Source: Candidatus Bathyarchaeia archaeon
GTDB taxonomy: Archaea; Thermoproteota; Bathyarchaeia; 40CM-2-53-6
Direction: 5' to 3'
Assembly: GCA_049513715.1 (NCBI GenBank)
Contig: JBEKVV010000002.1
Span: forward strand, 480,001 to 544,000
Length of the DNA: 64,000 nt
This document shows, piece by piece, positions 38,970-48,683 of this stretch. Numbering within the stretch: position 1 is the first letter of the stretch; every line of letters starts with the position of its first letter. Under the pieces are notes generated by a model that worked only from the letters and a program-made list of their open reading frames with translations, was not told where the DNA came from and did no database searches. Position numbers and translations under genes: made by a program.

Positions 38970-39776
38970 GTGTCCGTTGAGAAACAAAAAGCGCTCACGA
39001 TATCGCTAACGAGCAAGCAGTTGTCAGATACTAGGCTTGCAGGTTACCTGTGGGTAATCCCCCTCGGTCTGGGGTTCGTTGCTTGGGAAGCCATCACTCA
39101 AGCCCATCTGGTTCCTAGCTCCAACCTTCCAACGTTCTCAAGTGTACTCCAGGTCTTCTTCGTTTCCATACAGAACCCTTCGTTCCTTCTCAGAATCGCC
39201 CATAGCTTTCTCACGCTACTTTGCGGCTTAGTCTTCGCCTTCTCCTTCGCTTTACCGATGGCGTTCATAGCGGGAAGCAAGAGAGGATTCGACCTGACCT
39301 TTACCCCACTCATCATGCTCTTCGGCGCTCTCCCCGATCTGTCATTCCTACCTCTCCTTGTGCTCTGGTTTGGTGCAGGAAGTGCCGCGGCCATAATGAT
39401 GGCAACAGTCGGTGCCTTCTTCCCGATCTACTTCACTGTGCGCGAGGGCACGAAGAACATCCCGAGAGAGCTGTACGAGGTCACTACCATATTCAAGTCC
39501 GGCAGGCTCTCAACATTCACGAAGATGGTCCTCCCAGCCATCTCACCACACATGTTTAGCGGTCTAAGGCTGGCGTACGACTTCGATTGGGAAATCATAA
39601 TAGCCATAGAAATTGCGACTCAAGTCGCAGGCATTGGAAGCTTCATCGACCGGTCAGTGGGCGCAGGTTCACTTCAAAGCGGCTTCGCCGCAATCCTAGC
39701 TATCGCAATCGTCGCGGTGGTGGTGGACCGTGCATTCTTCGGCACGCTGGAGGCTTGGTCTAGGAAGTGGTCTTGA
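38970..39776 (+). CDS. ABC transporter permease, NitT/TauT/SsuC family
   Basis: LPLLVLWFG, FFPI, LPAISP..GLRLA..W..IAIE. Confidence 0.88.
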   Translation: MSVEKQKALTISLTSKQLSDTRLAGYLWVIPLGLGFVAWEAITQAHLVPSSNLPTFSSVLQVFFVSIQNPSFLLRIAHSFLTLLCGLVFAFSFALPMAFIAGSKRGFDLTFTPLIMLFGALPDLSFLPLLVLWFGAGSAAAIMMATVGAFFPIYFTVREGTKNIPRELYEVTTIFKSGRLSTFTKMVLPAISPHMFSGLRLAYDFDWEIIIAIEIATQVAGIGSFIDRSVGAGSLQSGFAAILAIAIVAVVVDRAFFGTLEAWSRKWS

Positions 39777-40645
39777 CGGACTCTCATCTAGAATTGGATA
39801 ATGTAACGAAGTTCTACGATTCTCAAGCAAAGTTCCATGCTGTACAGGAAGTGAGCTTTGGGATCGACCGCGGGGAGTTCGTTTGCATAGTGGGTCCGAG
39901 TGGTTGTGGCAAGTCAACTTTACTCAAGATGATGGCGGGCCTTGAGGTTCCGAGTTCAGGGGAAGTGCGCTTCAAAGGCGGCCCTGTGCGCGGTCCGCAC
40001 GGCAAAATTAGCATGGTCTTTCAAGCATTCGGGCTTTTCCCGTGGAGGACCGTGCTAGAAAATGCAGAGTACGGACTAGAGATGCGGAAGACTCCCAAAC
40101 CAGAGCGAAGGGAACTTGCACACCAATACTTGGACATGGTTGGGCTCGGCGGCTACGAGCACATGTACCCCAAACAGCTCTCGGGTGGAATGAAGCAAAG
40201 AGTGGGAATTGCCCGCGCATTAGCGGTTGAACCTGAGGTTGTGCTCATGGATGAGGCCTTTAGTGCAATCGACGAAGTAACCGCCGATGTTCTCAGGGAA
40301 GAGGTTTCGGAAATCCACAAGGAAACCGGAAAAACGTTCGTCCTCGTTACTCACAACTTATCAGAAGCAATCGAGCTTGCGGACAAGGTCGTGGTTCTAT
40401 CTTCACGGCCTGCCAAAGTGAAGAAGATCTTTCCCATAACACTTGATCGCCCCAGAGACAGAACACACTCCCTCTTTGTTCACATGCATCGGGACATTCT
40501 CCACCTTCTGAAGGAAGAGTTGGAGAACACATTGATTCGGCACAAGTTGAGAGGAATAGGCGTGCTTCAGGGGCTCCATGACATGGAGGAAGCAGGCAAA
40601 ACCGAGCCTGCGAAGCAGGCCAAGCAGTCGCTCGCGATTACTTGA
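39767..40645 (+). CDS. ABC transporter ATPase, NitT/TauT/SsuB family
   Basis: GPSGCGKST, LFPWRTV, LSGGMKQR, LMDE, VTH. Confidence 0.93.
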   Translation: MVLTDSHLELDNVTKFYDSQAKFHAVQEVSFGIDRGEFVCIVGPSGCGKSTLLKMMAGLEVPSSGEVRFKGGPVRGPHGKISMVFQAFGLFPWRTVLENAEYGLEMRKTPKPERRELAHQYLDMVGLGGYEHMYPKQLSGGMKQRVGIARALAVEPEVVLMDEAFSAIDEVTADVLREEVSEIHKETGKTFVLVTHNLSEAIELADKVVVLSSRPAKVKKIFPITLDRPRDRTHSLFVHMHRDILHLLKEELENTLIRHKLRGIGVLQGLHDMEEAGKTEPAKQAKQSLAIT

Positions 40646-40991
40646 GGCTTGTTCCACACTTCGGGCAGAATTTGGCGTGGCCCGGTGCGGATGAACCACA
40701 CGTGGGGCAAATGAGCACCGCTTGGACTGATGGTGGTCCTGGTTGAGCCTGCGGTTTGGGTAGCTCCAATTCCTTCTTGAGGAGCACAACATCCTCCAGC
40801 GAAAGCACATCGTCCCATGGCACATCCAACTCGCTGCCAGTCTTGGTAGCCACGCGAAACGCCATGTTTCTGTTTTGAAAATCCACAGAAACATCTTTCA
40901 CGTTTCCAATGACTGATCCCTTACTGTCGATCACTTGCATACCTGTAAACCGTTGCGCTGGAACAAACTTTGAGCTTTCCTTGGATGCCAA
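40638..40991 (-). CDS. PRC-barrel + zinc-ribbon protein
   Basis: GMQVIDSKG..IGNVKDV..D; CPTCG..AKFCPKCG. Confidence 0.85.
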   Translation of the reverse strand: MASKESSKFVPAQRFTGMQVIDSKGSVIGNVKDVSVDFQNRNMAFRVATKTGSELDVPWDDVLSLEDVVLLKKELELPKPQAQPGPPSVQAVLICPTCGSSAPGHAKFCPKCGTSLK

Positions 40992-41115
40992 ACCTGCTCA
41001 AGAGGCAAGAGCATGTTCAAATAAATCTGGTTTGTGGTGGAGCTGGTTCTTGGACGCAAGGGCGCCCCCAAACCACATAACGGTGAACCCATGGGCTATT
41101 CTGAGCGACTGCAGA

Positions 41116-41676
41116 ATGGTCTTGTTCAAGACGGCTTTGTTTGGTGTTGTCTTACTAGTGTTCGGGGTACTGGCGCTTTCGATGATTGGTCAATACGTGA
41201 CTGTGGAGGTTCAGCAGGTTCAACGCCACGACCTTGACATCAGTGTAGCGTTTCTGGTCGGTGACGTGGTTGACAGATCATACTCGCTCCCAGCGAATGT
41301 TCCCGTATTCGGCTCGATCAAGGTGGCTGAGGCACCTTCGAACACATCAGGTGATATTCGGTTTATCGTCTTCGATGCCGAGAATTACCAACGGTGGTCG
41401 AATAGCGGGCAAGCAGACTTTGTCTTCTCCGCCACCGAGCAAGGTGTTTCTAATTACACCTTCACGGACAACAAAGCAGGGGTGTATCATTTCGTGTTCG
41501 ATAATCGGGCTTCATTGTTCAAGAAATACGTCACGTTCTCAGTGACATACAATGAAATCATAACCAGCAGAATTCCAGACCCACGCACAAACTACGTCGC
41601 TTGGGCATGCTTGATTGCCGGAGGCTTAATCCTTGTCTACGGGTTAGCCAGGAAGCCTCCAGTCCAATGGGCATAA
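41116..41676 (+). CDS. Membrane protein with an emp24/p24 GOLD-like domain
   Basis: N- and C-terminal TMs; 'GVYHFVFDNRASLFKKYVTF' resembles the p24 GOLD signature. Confidence 0.6.
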   Translation: MVLFKTALFGVVLLVFGVLALSMIGQYVTVEVQQVQRHDLDISVAFLVGDVVDRSYSLPANVPVFGSIKVAEAPSNTSGDIRFIVFDAENYQRWSNSGQADFVFSATEQGVSNYTFTDNKAGVYHFVFDNRASLFKKYVTFSVTYNEIITSRIPDPRTNYVAWACLIAGGLILVYGLARKPPVQWA

Positions 41677-41728
41677 TGGCTTGGCAACTTCTAAATAGCA
41701 TTCCACATTAACCGAATACCGGTAGCTC

Positions 41729-42073
41729 TTGAGCGGTCTTACGAGGAAACAGGTCTGGGTTGACCGGAACCTATCGATGGTTCTCGGAGTCACGGAAGGC
41801 CAGTTGGTCAGTTACTCGGAAATTTCAAAAAACCTACACAAATACATCAAAGACAACGACTTGAAGAATCCTCTCAAACGCCCGAAACCCTCCGCAACAC
41901 AGCCCGTTGCGGCCGAGTCGCCTCGTCAGCCTCCGCCACTCGCACAGCAACCACAAACCATCCAACCCCAGAGTGTCGCTGTATCATTGGCGGGCGGAAG
42001 ATATTGTCAATCGTGTGGCGCACACATACCTTCTGACTCTGTATTCTGTGACATGTGTGGCGCCGACCAGTAG
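41729..42073 (+). CDS. SWIB/MDM2-like N-terminus + Pro/Gln linker + zinc ribbon
   Basis: LSMVLG...SYSEISKNLHKYIKDNDLKNP; CQSCG..FCDMCG. Confidence 0.7.
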   Translation: MSGLTRKQVWVDRNLSMVLGVTEGQLVSYSEISKNLHKYIKDNDLKNPLKRPKPSATQPVAAESPRQPPPLAQQPQTIQPQSVAVSLAGGRYCQSCGAHIPSDSVFCDMCGADQ

Positions 42074-42179
42074 CTACTTTTCGAAATGTTGCACTCCAAT
42101 TGAACGTTTGCGTTCCCAACTTAAATACGGTGCGTGGTCTGCTAGCATACTTTTAACCCTCGCAAACAGTGGAAGTTTC

Positions 42180-43748
42180 ATGGAATCAGGCAAAGTCGGG
42201 ATCATAGGTTACGGCGCATACATCCCGCTGCAACGTATTCATACCGAAGAGATTGTGAAGGCGAGAGAGAAGAAACGAAACGACCTTCCGCAATTCCTTG
42301 ACAAAGTTAGGAACGGGTTACTGCTCAAGGACAAATCAGTAGCTTCATTGACAGAAGATTCCATCACTATCGCGACCGAAGCAGCGTTGAATGCATTAGA
42401 CATGGCTGGAATCGACCCTCTCGAAATTGAAACCGTTGCGATAGGGTCGGAGTCGAAGCCATATGCAGTGGGAACGATCGCACGGCATGTGGCCTCATTC
42501 ATCGGCGCAGGGAATCAAGTCTACGTGGCAGACCTGGAAGGCGCGTGCAATTCAGGAATGCAGTCGACCTCTTTCGTGGAGAGCCAGATTCTCAGTGGCA
42601 GAATCAAATACGGCCTCGCAGTCGGAACCGACGTGGCACAAGCACCAGTCGGAGACCCGTTGGAATACGCTTGCGGCGCCGGTGCCGGAGCATTTCTCCT
42701 CGGCCGTGGCAGCCCAGTTGCCACAATCGTTGACACGGCTGCTTACTCAAGCTTGACCTTGGACTTCTGGAGGCGGGACGGTGCAGCGGTCCCGAGCCAC
42801 TTTGGCAGAACAACCGTCGAAGCCTACATCAAACATGTGATTGGCGCCATCGAGGGGCTGTTGTTGAAGCATCCTGAAGTTTCGTTGATGGATTTCGATT
42901 ATGTCACGTTCCACCAACCCTCCGGTTACATGCCCATGAAGACTTGCAAGACGCTGACGCAAGAAAAGATCGAGATTCTTGACCATCCCGAGCTGCAGGA
43001 AAGGATTCGACTTACCCCTGAGTTCATTCAGGAGAAAATTACACCATGGCTGCGGGTTCTAGATACCGGCAATACGTACGCGGCTTCCACCCTCATAGCG
43101 ACCTGCGATATCCTTGACCATGCCAAACCTGGTCAGAATATTTTGGCGGTCTCCTACGGATCCGGCGCATACACGATAGCAACCTGGTTACACGTTGAAG
43201 ACGAGATCACAAAGCGCCGGGGGCGCACCCCTACCGTCATGGACTATGTGAATCGAAGGCGAGACATCAGCCTCGAAGCGTACGAGCGAATTCTGAAGTA
43301 TAAGCACGGATCTGTGAGGGAAAGGTTGTCGGCGCCAAGAATAATCGCTGAGATTGAGCCATACAACGGGCGCACATTCACATACACACTCTGCAACGGT
43401 TGCCAGCGTGTTTTCTACCCAGCCCGCGACAGTTGCCTCGAGTTCGACTGCAAAGGGCCCGTTGAACAACGAACGCTCCCAATGAACGCACGCGTGTTGT
43501 CAGTGAAGAAACTGACCCTCAGAGATCGACTTATCTCGAATTTCGATGTGCTGAAACAGGGAAATGTGTTGGTCGTCGACACAGCACTATCGGAGGTCAC
43601 GCCCGGAACGGAGTTAGAATCACTAATTCGCAGAATCGATGCTGAAGGGAAAGCTGGTCTCATAATCTACGGCCCAGTCTACAGACCCGCATTCAGAACG
43701 AAACCGCTTCTCAAAGAGGCGGAGCCAGCTCAGGTCTTGGCTCGCTAA
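42180..43748 (+). CDS. Archaeal HMG-CoA synthase fused to a C-terminal DUF35 (Zn-ribbon/OB-fold) domain
   Basis: GYGAYIP, GSESKPYAV, LEGAC, DFWRR, FHQP, GNTY, SYGSGA; then CNGC..FYPAR..C and RRI...GLIIYG. Confidence 0.88.
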   Translation: MESGKVGIIGYGAYIPLQRIHTEEIVKAREKKRNDLPQFLDKVRNGLLLKDKSVASLTEDSITIATEAALNALDMAGIDPLEIETVAIGSESKPYAVGTIARHVASFIGAGNQVYVADLEGACNSGMQSTSFVESQILSGRIKYGLAVGTDVAQAPVGDPLEYACGAGAGAFLLGRGSPVATIVDTAAYSSLTLDFWRRDGAAVPSHFGRTTVEAYIKHVIGAIEGLLLKHPEVSLMDFDYVTFHQPSGYMPMKTCKTLTQEKIEILDHPELQERIRLTPEFIQEKITPWLRVLDTGNTYAASTLIATCDILDHAKPGQNILAVSYGSGAYTIATWLHVEDEITKRRGRTPTVMDYVNRRRDISLEAYERILKYKHGSVRERLSAPRIIAEIEPYNGRTFTYTLCNGCQRVFYPARDSCLEFDCKGPVEQRTLPMNARVLSVKKLTLRDRLISNFDVLKQGNVLVVDTALSEVTPGTELESLIRRIDAEGKAGLIIYGPVYRPAFRTKPLLKEAEPAQVLAR

Positions 43749-43885
43749 GCTCCCACTGACTGTGCGTGAACAGCGCCGCAGTGCCTACAATACCGTGCGT
43801 CGTGGACCTCGAAGGAATCTTCTTCTTCATTTATGACGTAGGTATCCTGGAACTTATGGCCGATTAGTCGGCAGAGCATGCTCAA
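43745..43885 (-). CDS. 46-aa Cys/His Zn-binding microprotein, DUF1660-like (not in ORF track)
   Basis: MSMLCRLIGHKF...YCRHCG; GTGA SD-like element upstream. Confidence 0.65.
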   Translation of the reverse strand: MSMLCRLIGHKFQDTYVINEEEDSFEVHDARYCRHCGAVHAQSVGA

Positions 43886-44263
43886 CTCGATCACAAGGTA
43901 GTATTAGTGACTGTTAGGTATATTAGTGTTCTGAACTCAGCACAGTAGTGTTTCACACGTTCACATCACGACTTGATGATCTCGCACACCATTTCGTACG
44001 TGATTACGGAGCCTACCACCATACTGCTCCTTCATTATTTGGGCAACTGTTCCAACACTGAAAGTCGCTTTCCTCGGTAACAAGAAGCAAAAACGACCTG
44101 CAATTTCGAACTTCATGTCGAATGTGGCGTATCGTCAAAAGGATTCTTAGGAAACTAAGGTCCTGCGCTGGCACAATGTAGATGTGTCGTGGATCGACAT
44201 TAAGACTTGATAAGACGCATGGCTAGTACCGAACGCATCCGTGTGATTTAGGAGGTCCCCATT

Positions 44264-46138
44264 TTCTGCGGCATAGCCGGTTATGCCGGCCTCAACGATC
44301 AAGACCTGCTGGAAAGGATGATTGCCGCTCTCAAGCACAGGGGACCAGACGATACAGGGCTCTTCGCGGACACTGGGATTGGATTGGCCAACGCGAGGCT
44401 CAGCATAATTGACATAGAGGGTGGTCACCAGCCCATTCACAATGAAGACGGGACCATCCAAGTAACTTACAACGGTGAGCTCTACAATTACCGCGACTTT
44501 CGAAGGGAGCTGGAAGCGCTCGGGCACAGGTTCTACACAAAGTCAGACACTGAAGTCATAGTGCACAGTTACGAGCAGTATGGTGATGATTTCGTTTCAC
44601 GGCTCAATGGCATGTTCGCCATCGCCCTCTGGGACGCGCCAAACAAGAAACTGGTACTTGCTAGGGACCGGATGGGAATCAAACCACTCTACTACACAAT
44701 GCAGAATGGTGGTTTGCTGTTTGCCTCGGAGATCAAAGGAATTCTTCAAGCCCAAATTCCGAGAGCCGTCGACCGAGCATCACTCTTCGCCATAATAAAC
44801 CTCGGATACGTCCCAGGAGACCGGACGCTGCTAGATGGAGTGTTCAAGCTTCCCCCGTCGAGCATCCTGGTCTACAAGGACGGCTCGGTCAAGGTTAGCC
44901 AATACTGGGATGTTCCACCGATCGAAACCTTGACGAACGAAGACCATGTTGTGGCGAAGTTGCAAGAGGTCCTTGAAGAATCTGTTCGCGACCAACTTGT
45001 TGCCGACGTACCTGTCGGTTGTTTTCTCTCCGGTGGCCTAGATACAGGTGCGATTGTCGCTTACGCGTCGAAGGCAGTGTCGCAACCGCTGAAAACCTTT
45101 TGCATGGGGTTTGGTGAGGATACCGATGAGTTCCGGGACGCGCGACTAGTTGCAGAGCACTTTGGAACGGACCACCACGAGATCATGGTGGACAGCTCAC
45201 AGGGCGTCAAACTGTACCCGAGAATGATTTGGCACATGGAGTCGCCGAAGTACAATCTCTACCCGTGGTTTGTTTGCGAACTAGTCCACAAATACGTCAA
45301 AGTTTGCCTAAGCGGAAATGGGGGCGACGAAGTCTTCGGGGGATACTATGCAAGATACCTGAACGCGTTGAGAATTGACCGCCTCAGCAGCAAGCCTCTT
45401 TCGCCCTTACTCCGACTCTCAGGCGCAGCTCTACAACCAATCACCGGTGACATCAAGACCGAAAATCGCCTCCGAGTCCTCAGAGCGCTGGGCAACAACA
45501 CGGCCGAGTACATGATACTGGCCGGCGTGCTTCCAGATTCTGTTAACAAGAGGCTTTTCAGGAACGATGAGCCGTCGTCAGCAGATTTGGGAAAACACTA
45601 TTCCAAGTACTTCAAAGGAACAGACCTACTTCAAGGGTTGATGAATGGCGAGCTCCGAACGAAACTCGTGGACGACCTTCTTTCCGTCGACGACACGATG
45701 AGCATGGCACACTCCCTAGAGCTTCGCGTGCCGCTTCTGGACAATAGGACGGTGGATTTGATGGCAACCGTTCCTTGGAGGATGAAGTACTCTCCCGGCA
45801 CCTATGGGAAGCTGCTCTTGAGAAAAGCCATCAAAAGCGTGCTGCCCGAGGATAGTCTGAGGAAGCCCAAGTGGGGTTTCAGCGTAAACGTCGATATGTG
45901 GTACAATGGCGAATTGGGCGAGCTTGTGCGCCAGATAGTCCCTGAATCAGATGTGATTGGGAAGTACTTCAACCAGAGCTTCATTAAGAACCTGCTATCT
46001 CGGAGGTTTTCTCCACGCGACCGCCGTTACCAAGTCCTGCTGTGGCAGTTGTTGGGGTTCCACTTTTGGCATAGGATATTCATAGATAGTGAACAGGCAG
46101 GGGCGGTAAGACTTGAACTCAATGCCTTGGTGGCCTAA
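44264..46138 (+). CDS. asnB: Asparagine synthase-like glutamine amidotransferase (glycan amidation type); start codon non-canonical
   Basis: CGIAG at 44267, HRGPD, RLSIID, NGELYN, RDRMGIKPL, LSGGLD, SGNGGDE; GGAGGT SD at 44251. Confidence 0.9.
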   Translation, partial: FCGIAGYAGLNDQDLLERMIAALKHRGPDDTGLFADTGIGLANARLSIIDIEGGHQPIHNEDGTIQVTYNGELYNYRDFRRELEALGHRFYTKSDTEVIVHSYEQYGDDFVSRLNGMFAIALWDAPNKKLVLARDRMGIKPLYYTMQNGGLLFASEIKGILQAQIPRAVDRASLFAIINLGYVPGDRTLLDGVFKLPPSSILVYKDGSVKVSQYWDVPPIETLTNEDHVVAKLQEVLEESVRDQLVADVPVGCFLSGGLDTGAIVAYASKAVSQPLKTFCMGFGEDTDEFRDARLVAEHFGTDHHEIMVDSSQGVKLYPRMIWHMESPKYNLYPWFVCELVHKYVKVCLSGNGGDEVFGGYYARYLNALRIDRLSSKPLSPLLRLSGAALQPITGDIKTENRLRVLRALGNNTAEYMILAGVLPDSVNKRLFRNDEPSSADLGKHYSKYFKGTDLLQGLMNGELRTKLVDDLLSVDDTMSMAHSLELRVPLLDNRTVDLMATVPWRMKYSPGTYGKLLLRKAIKSVLPEDSLRKPKWGFSVNVDMWYNGELGELVRQIVPESDVIGKYFNQSFIKNLLSRRFSPRDRRYQVLLWQLLGFHFWHRIFIDSEQAGAVRLELNALVA

Positions 46139-46141
46139 CCA

Positions 46142-47011
46142 ATGAGCTATTGGGTCGCCGTCGTGGCCAAAGACGCTGAAGAGCACCTAAGGTCCACATT
46201 GGAATCGCTCCTCATTCAGACACTGGCGCCGAGACGCGTAATTGTGGTCGATGACGGTTCAAAAGATGCTACACCCCGAATCCTCTCCGACTTCACGCGG
46301 AAACAACCCCGCAGTGTCCGAGTTGTGTCCCTGCCGGACCGCGGCTACGACATAAGGCGTGTTCCCGCTAACATCAACAGGGCGTGGAAGACCGCAGTCG
46401 ACGATGGCTTGAAGACAAATTATTTCATGATCAGCGGAGACGACTGTATTTACCCATCAGATTACACGAGAACAGTCATCGCGAAAATGGTCCGTGAACG
46501 AATGACGGTGGTTGCCAGTGGTCATCCGTCTTCGGGCGGTCGACTCTCCGAAGAACATTCACCCTCCGGCAGCGGCCGCATGGTCAAGTCGTCGTTTTGG
46601 GTCGAAATCGGAGAGAGGTATCCGCTGAAGGCGGGGTGGGAGACATGGCTTCTCTACAAGGCACAGGAGAAAGGTCACGCGGTCAAAATGCTCAGTGAAG
46701 TCACCTTCCAGCACGTACGTCCGCGAGGAGCAATGCACCAGCTCACGTATTGGGGGGCTGCAATGTGTGGCTTAGGTTACCACCCGCTGTACGCATTTGG
46801 ACGTATCGGCAAGAATGTGGGCACTCGTACAACCAGCATCAGAGGATCAGCGAACATGCTTAGAGGATACACTCAGGCTTGGCTGGGCTCAGCTGACCCA
46901 TTCATCAGCCCATACGACTCTTCGTTGCGGAAATTTGTGCGCAACAACCAAGCCCGAAGCATAGTGAGGGCGGCCAGCTTGCTTCTTAGGTTGCAGCCAA
47001 TTACCCTCTGA
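46142..47011 (+). CDS. Glycosyltransferase family 2
   Basis: VVDDGSKD, SGDD; starts 3 nt after asnB. Confidence 0.85.
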   Translation: MSYWVAVVAKDAEEHLRSTLESLLIQTLAPRRVIVVDDGSKDATPRILSDFTRKQPRSVRVVSLPDRGYDIRRVPANINRAWKTAVDDGLKTNYFMISGDDCIYPSDYTRTVIAKMVRERMTVVASGHPSSGGRLSEEHSPSGSGRMVKSSFWVEIGERYPLKAGWETWLLYKAQEKGHAVKMLSEVTFQHVRPRGAMHQLTYWGAAMCGLGYHPLYAFGRIGKNVGTRTTSIRGSANMLRGYTQAWLGSADPFISPYDSSLRKFVRNNQARSIVRAASLLLRLQPITL

Positions 47012-48683
47012 ACTGGTTAACAATCGGCATCTTCCATCCCAAACCGAAGGCTTTTTTCGTAATTTTGATTGTTGGCGGTGCTTGCCTACGCTTGTACTCA
47101 GCATTCTTGATGCGGGCTAGGGTATTTTCGACTAGGACTTTATCGTAACCTCGCTGGATCAGCTCGTTTCTGGAAAGACGATTCTCAATTACCTCATCCA
47201 CAAGCGGCGACACCACGGAGTAATCGAAAGGGTCGACTTGATTTGGTCGTAATTCGGCTGAGGGGATTTTCTTGAAGCAGCTCTCCGGAATCGCGGGGTC
47301 TCCGATATTTTCATTGAAGTAGCGGGCAAGGGCGTAGACTTCGGTCTTACTCACATCACCAATGACCTCGAGGCCGCCGCTCATGTCTCCGTACAACGTG
47401 GAATACCCCAACGCGAGTTCGGTCTTGTTACCCGTCGCGAGTACCAACCCTCCCAACTTGTTAGATAGAGCCATCAAAGTGTTTCCTCTAATCCGTGACT
47501 GGAGGTTCTCTTCGGCCACATCAAAGGCGTGCCCTCTGAAATGTGGCTCTAGTTGTGCTTCGAATGCGGCAAAAACTGGTTCTATGGGTATTGAAATGAA
47601 TTTGATTCCGAGGTTCGTTGCAAGCGTCTGTGCGTCTGCTTTGCTGTGCTCGCTGGAGTAGCGCGAGGGCATTGAGACCCCTGTGACATTTTCCTTACCC
47701 AGTGCTGTGCAGGCGATGACTGCGACCAGGGAGGAATCGATTCCACCGCTCAACCCAAGAAATGAATGCTTGAACCCGGTCTTTCGGAAGTAATCACGAA
47801 CCCCGAGGACGAGTGCGTTGAACATCTCCTTCTCTCGGAGGTACGGAGGAAACGCTATTTCTTTCGATGGTTCCGCTGACCCATGTAAGCTAATGTCGGT
47901 GAGAATTAGGTCTTCTTCGAATTGCTTTCCGATACCGATGATGCGTCCCGCCGCGTCCAAGGCTAGGCTTTCGCCGTCGAAGACAAGCTCATCTTGTCCT
48001 CCAACCATGTTTACGTAGAAGATTGGGACTTGTAGTCTGCTCGATTTGTTTCTCAGAATGCGAAGGCGTACGTCTCGGATTTTGTCGTGGAAGGGCGAAG
48101 CGTTGAGGTTCAGGATCATGTCGGCACCGCGGCTGCAGAGTTCGTCAACAACTTTGACGCCGTAGCCAATCTCCTCATCCCAGATGTCCTCGCAGATCGA
48201 TATTCCCAGTCTGACTTGCTGGCCGCGGACCTCGATGCTTATGGGGAGGTTTGTTTGGGCGGGCGCGAAATATCGCAGTTCATCGAATACGTCGTATGTC
48301 GGAAGGAGTGTTTTTCGGGTAATGGCGATCACTTTGCCTCTGTCGACGACGGCTGCGGAATTGTAGAGATGGGTTTCGTCATAATCGACGAAGCCAACAA
48401 CTAAGGTGATTCCGGTCAATTGATGAGCCAAATCTGCGATAGATTGTTTGTTGTCCCGCACGAAGGCTTCCTGGCTGGGTTTTCGGGTACCTGCGGGCGG
48501 GCGTACCTCGCGAGGGGGGAGAAGGTCGTTTGGGGGATACCCTGTGACGGCCATCTCTGGAAAAACCACCAGGTCTGCTTTGGCGTCCTGGGCTTTCTTG
48601 CTGTATTCCAGTATCAGTTTAGTATTGCCTACGATGTCGCCCATTGTTGGGTTAATTTGTGCCATTGCGACGCGGAGCTGCAA
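47001..48683 (-). CDS. nadE: Glutamine-dependent NAD+ synthetase
   Basis: Nitrilase triad FPE/K/ICED; LSGGIDS, ENLQSRIR, TGNKTE, PSAEL, EYKRRQAP. Confidence 0.96.
   Translation of the reverse strand: MQLRVAMAQINPTMGDIVGNTKLILEYSKKAQDAKADLVVFPEMAVTGYPPNDLLPPREVRPPAGTRKPSQEAFVRDNKQSIADLAHQLTGITLVVGFVDYDETHLYNSAAVVDRGKVIAITRKTLLPTYDVFDELRYFAPAQTNLPISIEVRGQQVRLGISICEDIWDEEIGYGVKVVDELCSRGADMILNLNASPFHDKIRDVRLRILRNKSSRLQVPIFYVNMVGGQDELVFDGESLALDAAGRIIGIGKQFEEDLILTDISLHGSAEPSKEIAFPPYLREKEMFNALVLGVRDYFRKTGFKHSFLGLSGGIDSSLVAVIACTALGKENVTGVSMPSRYSSEHSKADAQTLATNLGIKFISIPIEPVFAAFEAQLEPHFRGHAFDVAEENLQSRIRGNTLMALSNKLGGLVLATGNKTELALGYSTLYGDMSGGLEVIGDVSKTEVYALARYFNENIGDPAIPESCFKKIPSAELRPNQVDPFDYSVVSPLVDEVIENRLSRNELIQRGYDKVLVENTLARIKNAEYKRRQAPPTIKITKKAFGLGWKMPIVNQFRG

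Noticed and set aside
40909..42179. Long N-terminal extensions in track ORFs 40909 and 41907 (also 9205, 15283, 35117, 49883)
   Set aside because: They overlap neighbouring genes or promoters; family-like N-termini begin at downstream starts
43966..44022. 18-aa minus-strand ORF MVVGSVITYEMVCEIIKS with an AAGGAG SD
   Set aside because: Too short to support without conservation or translation data
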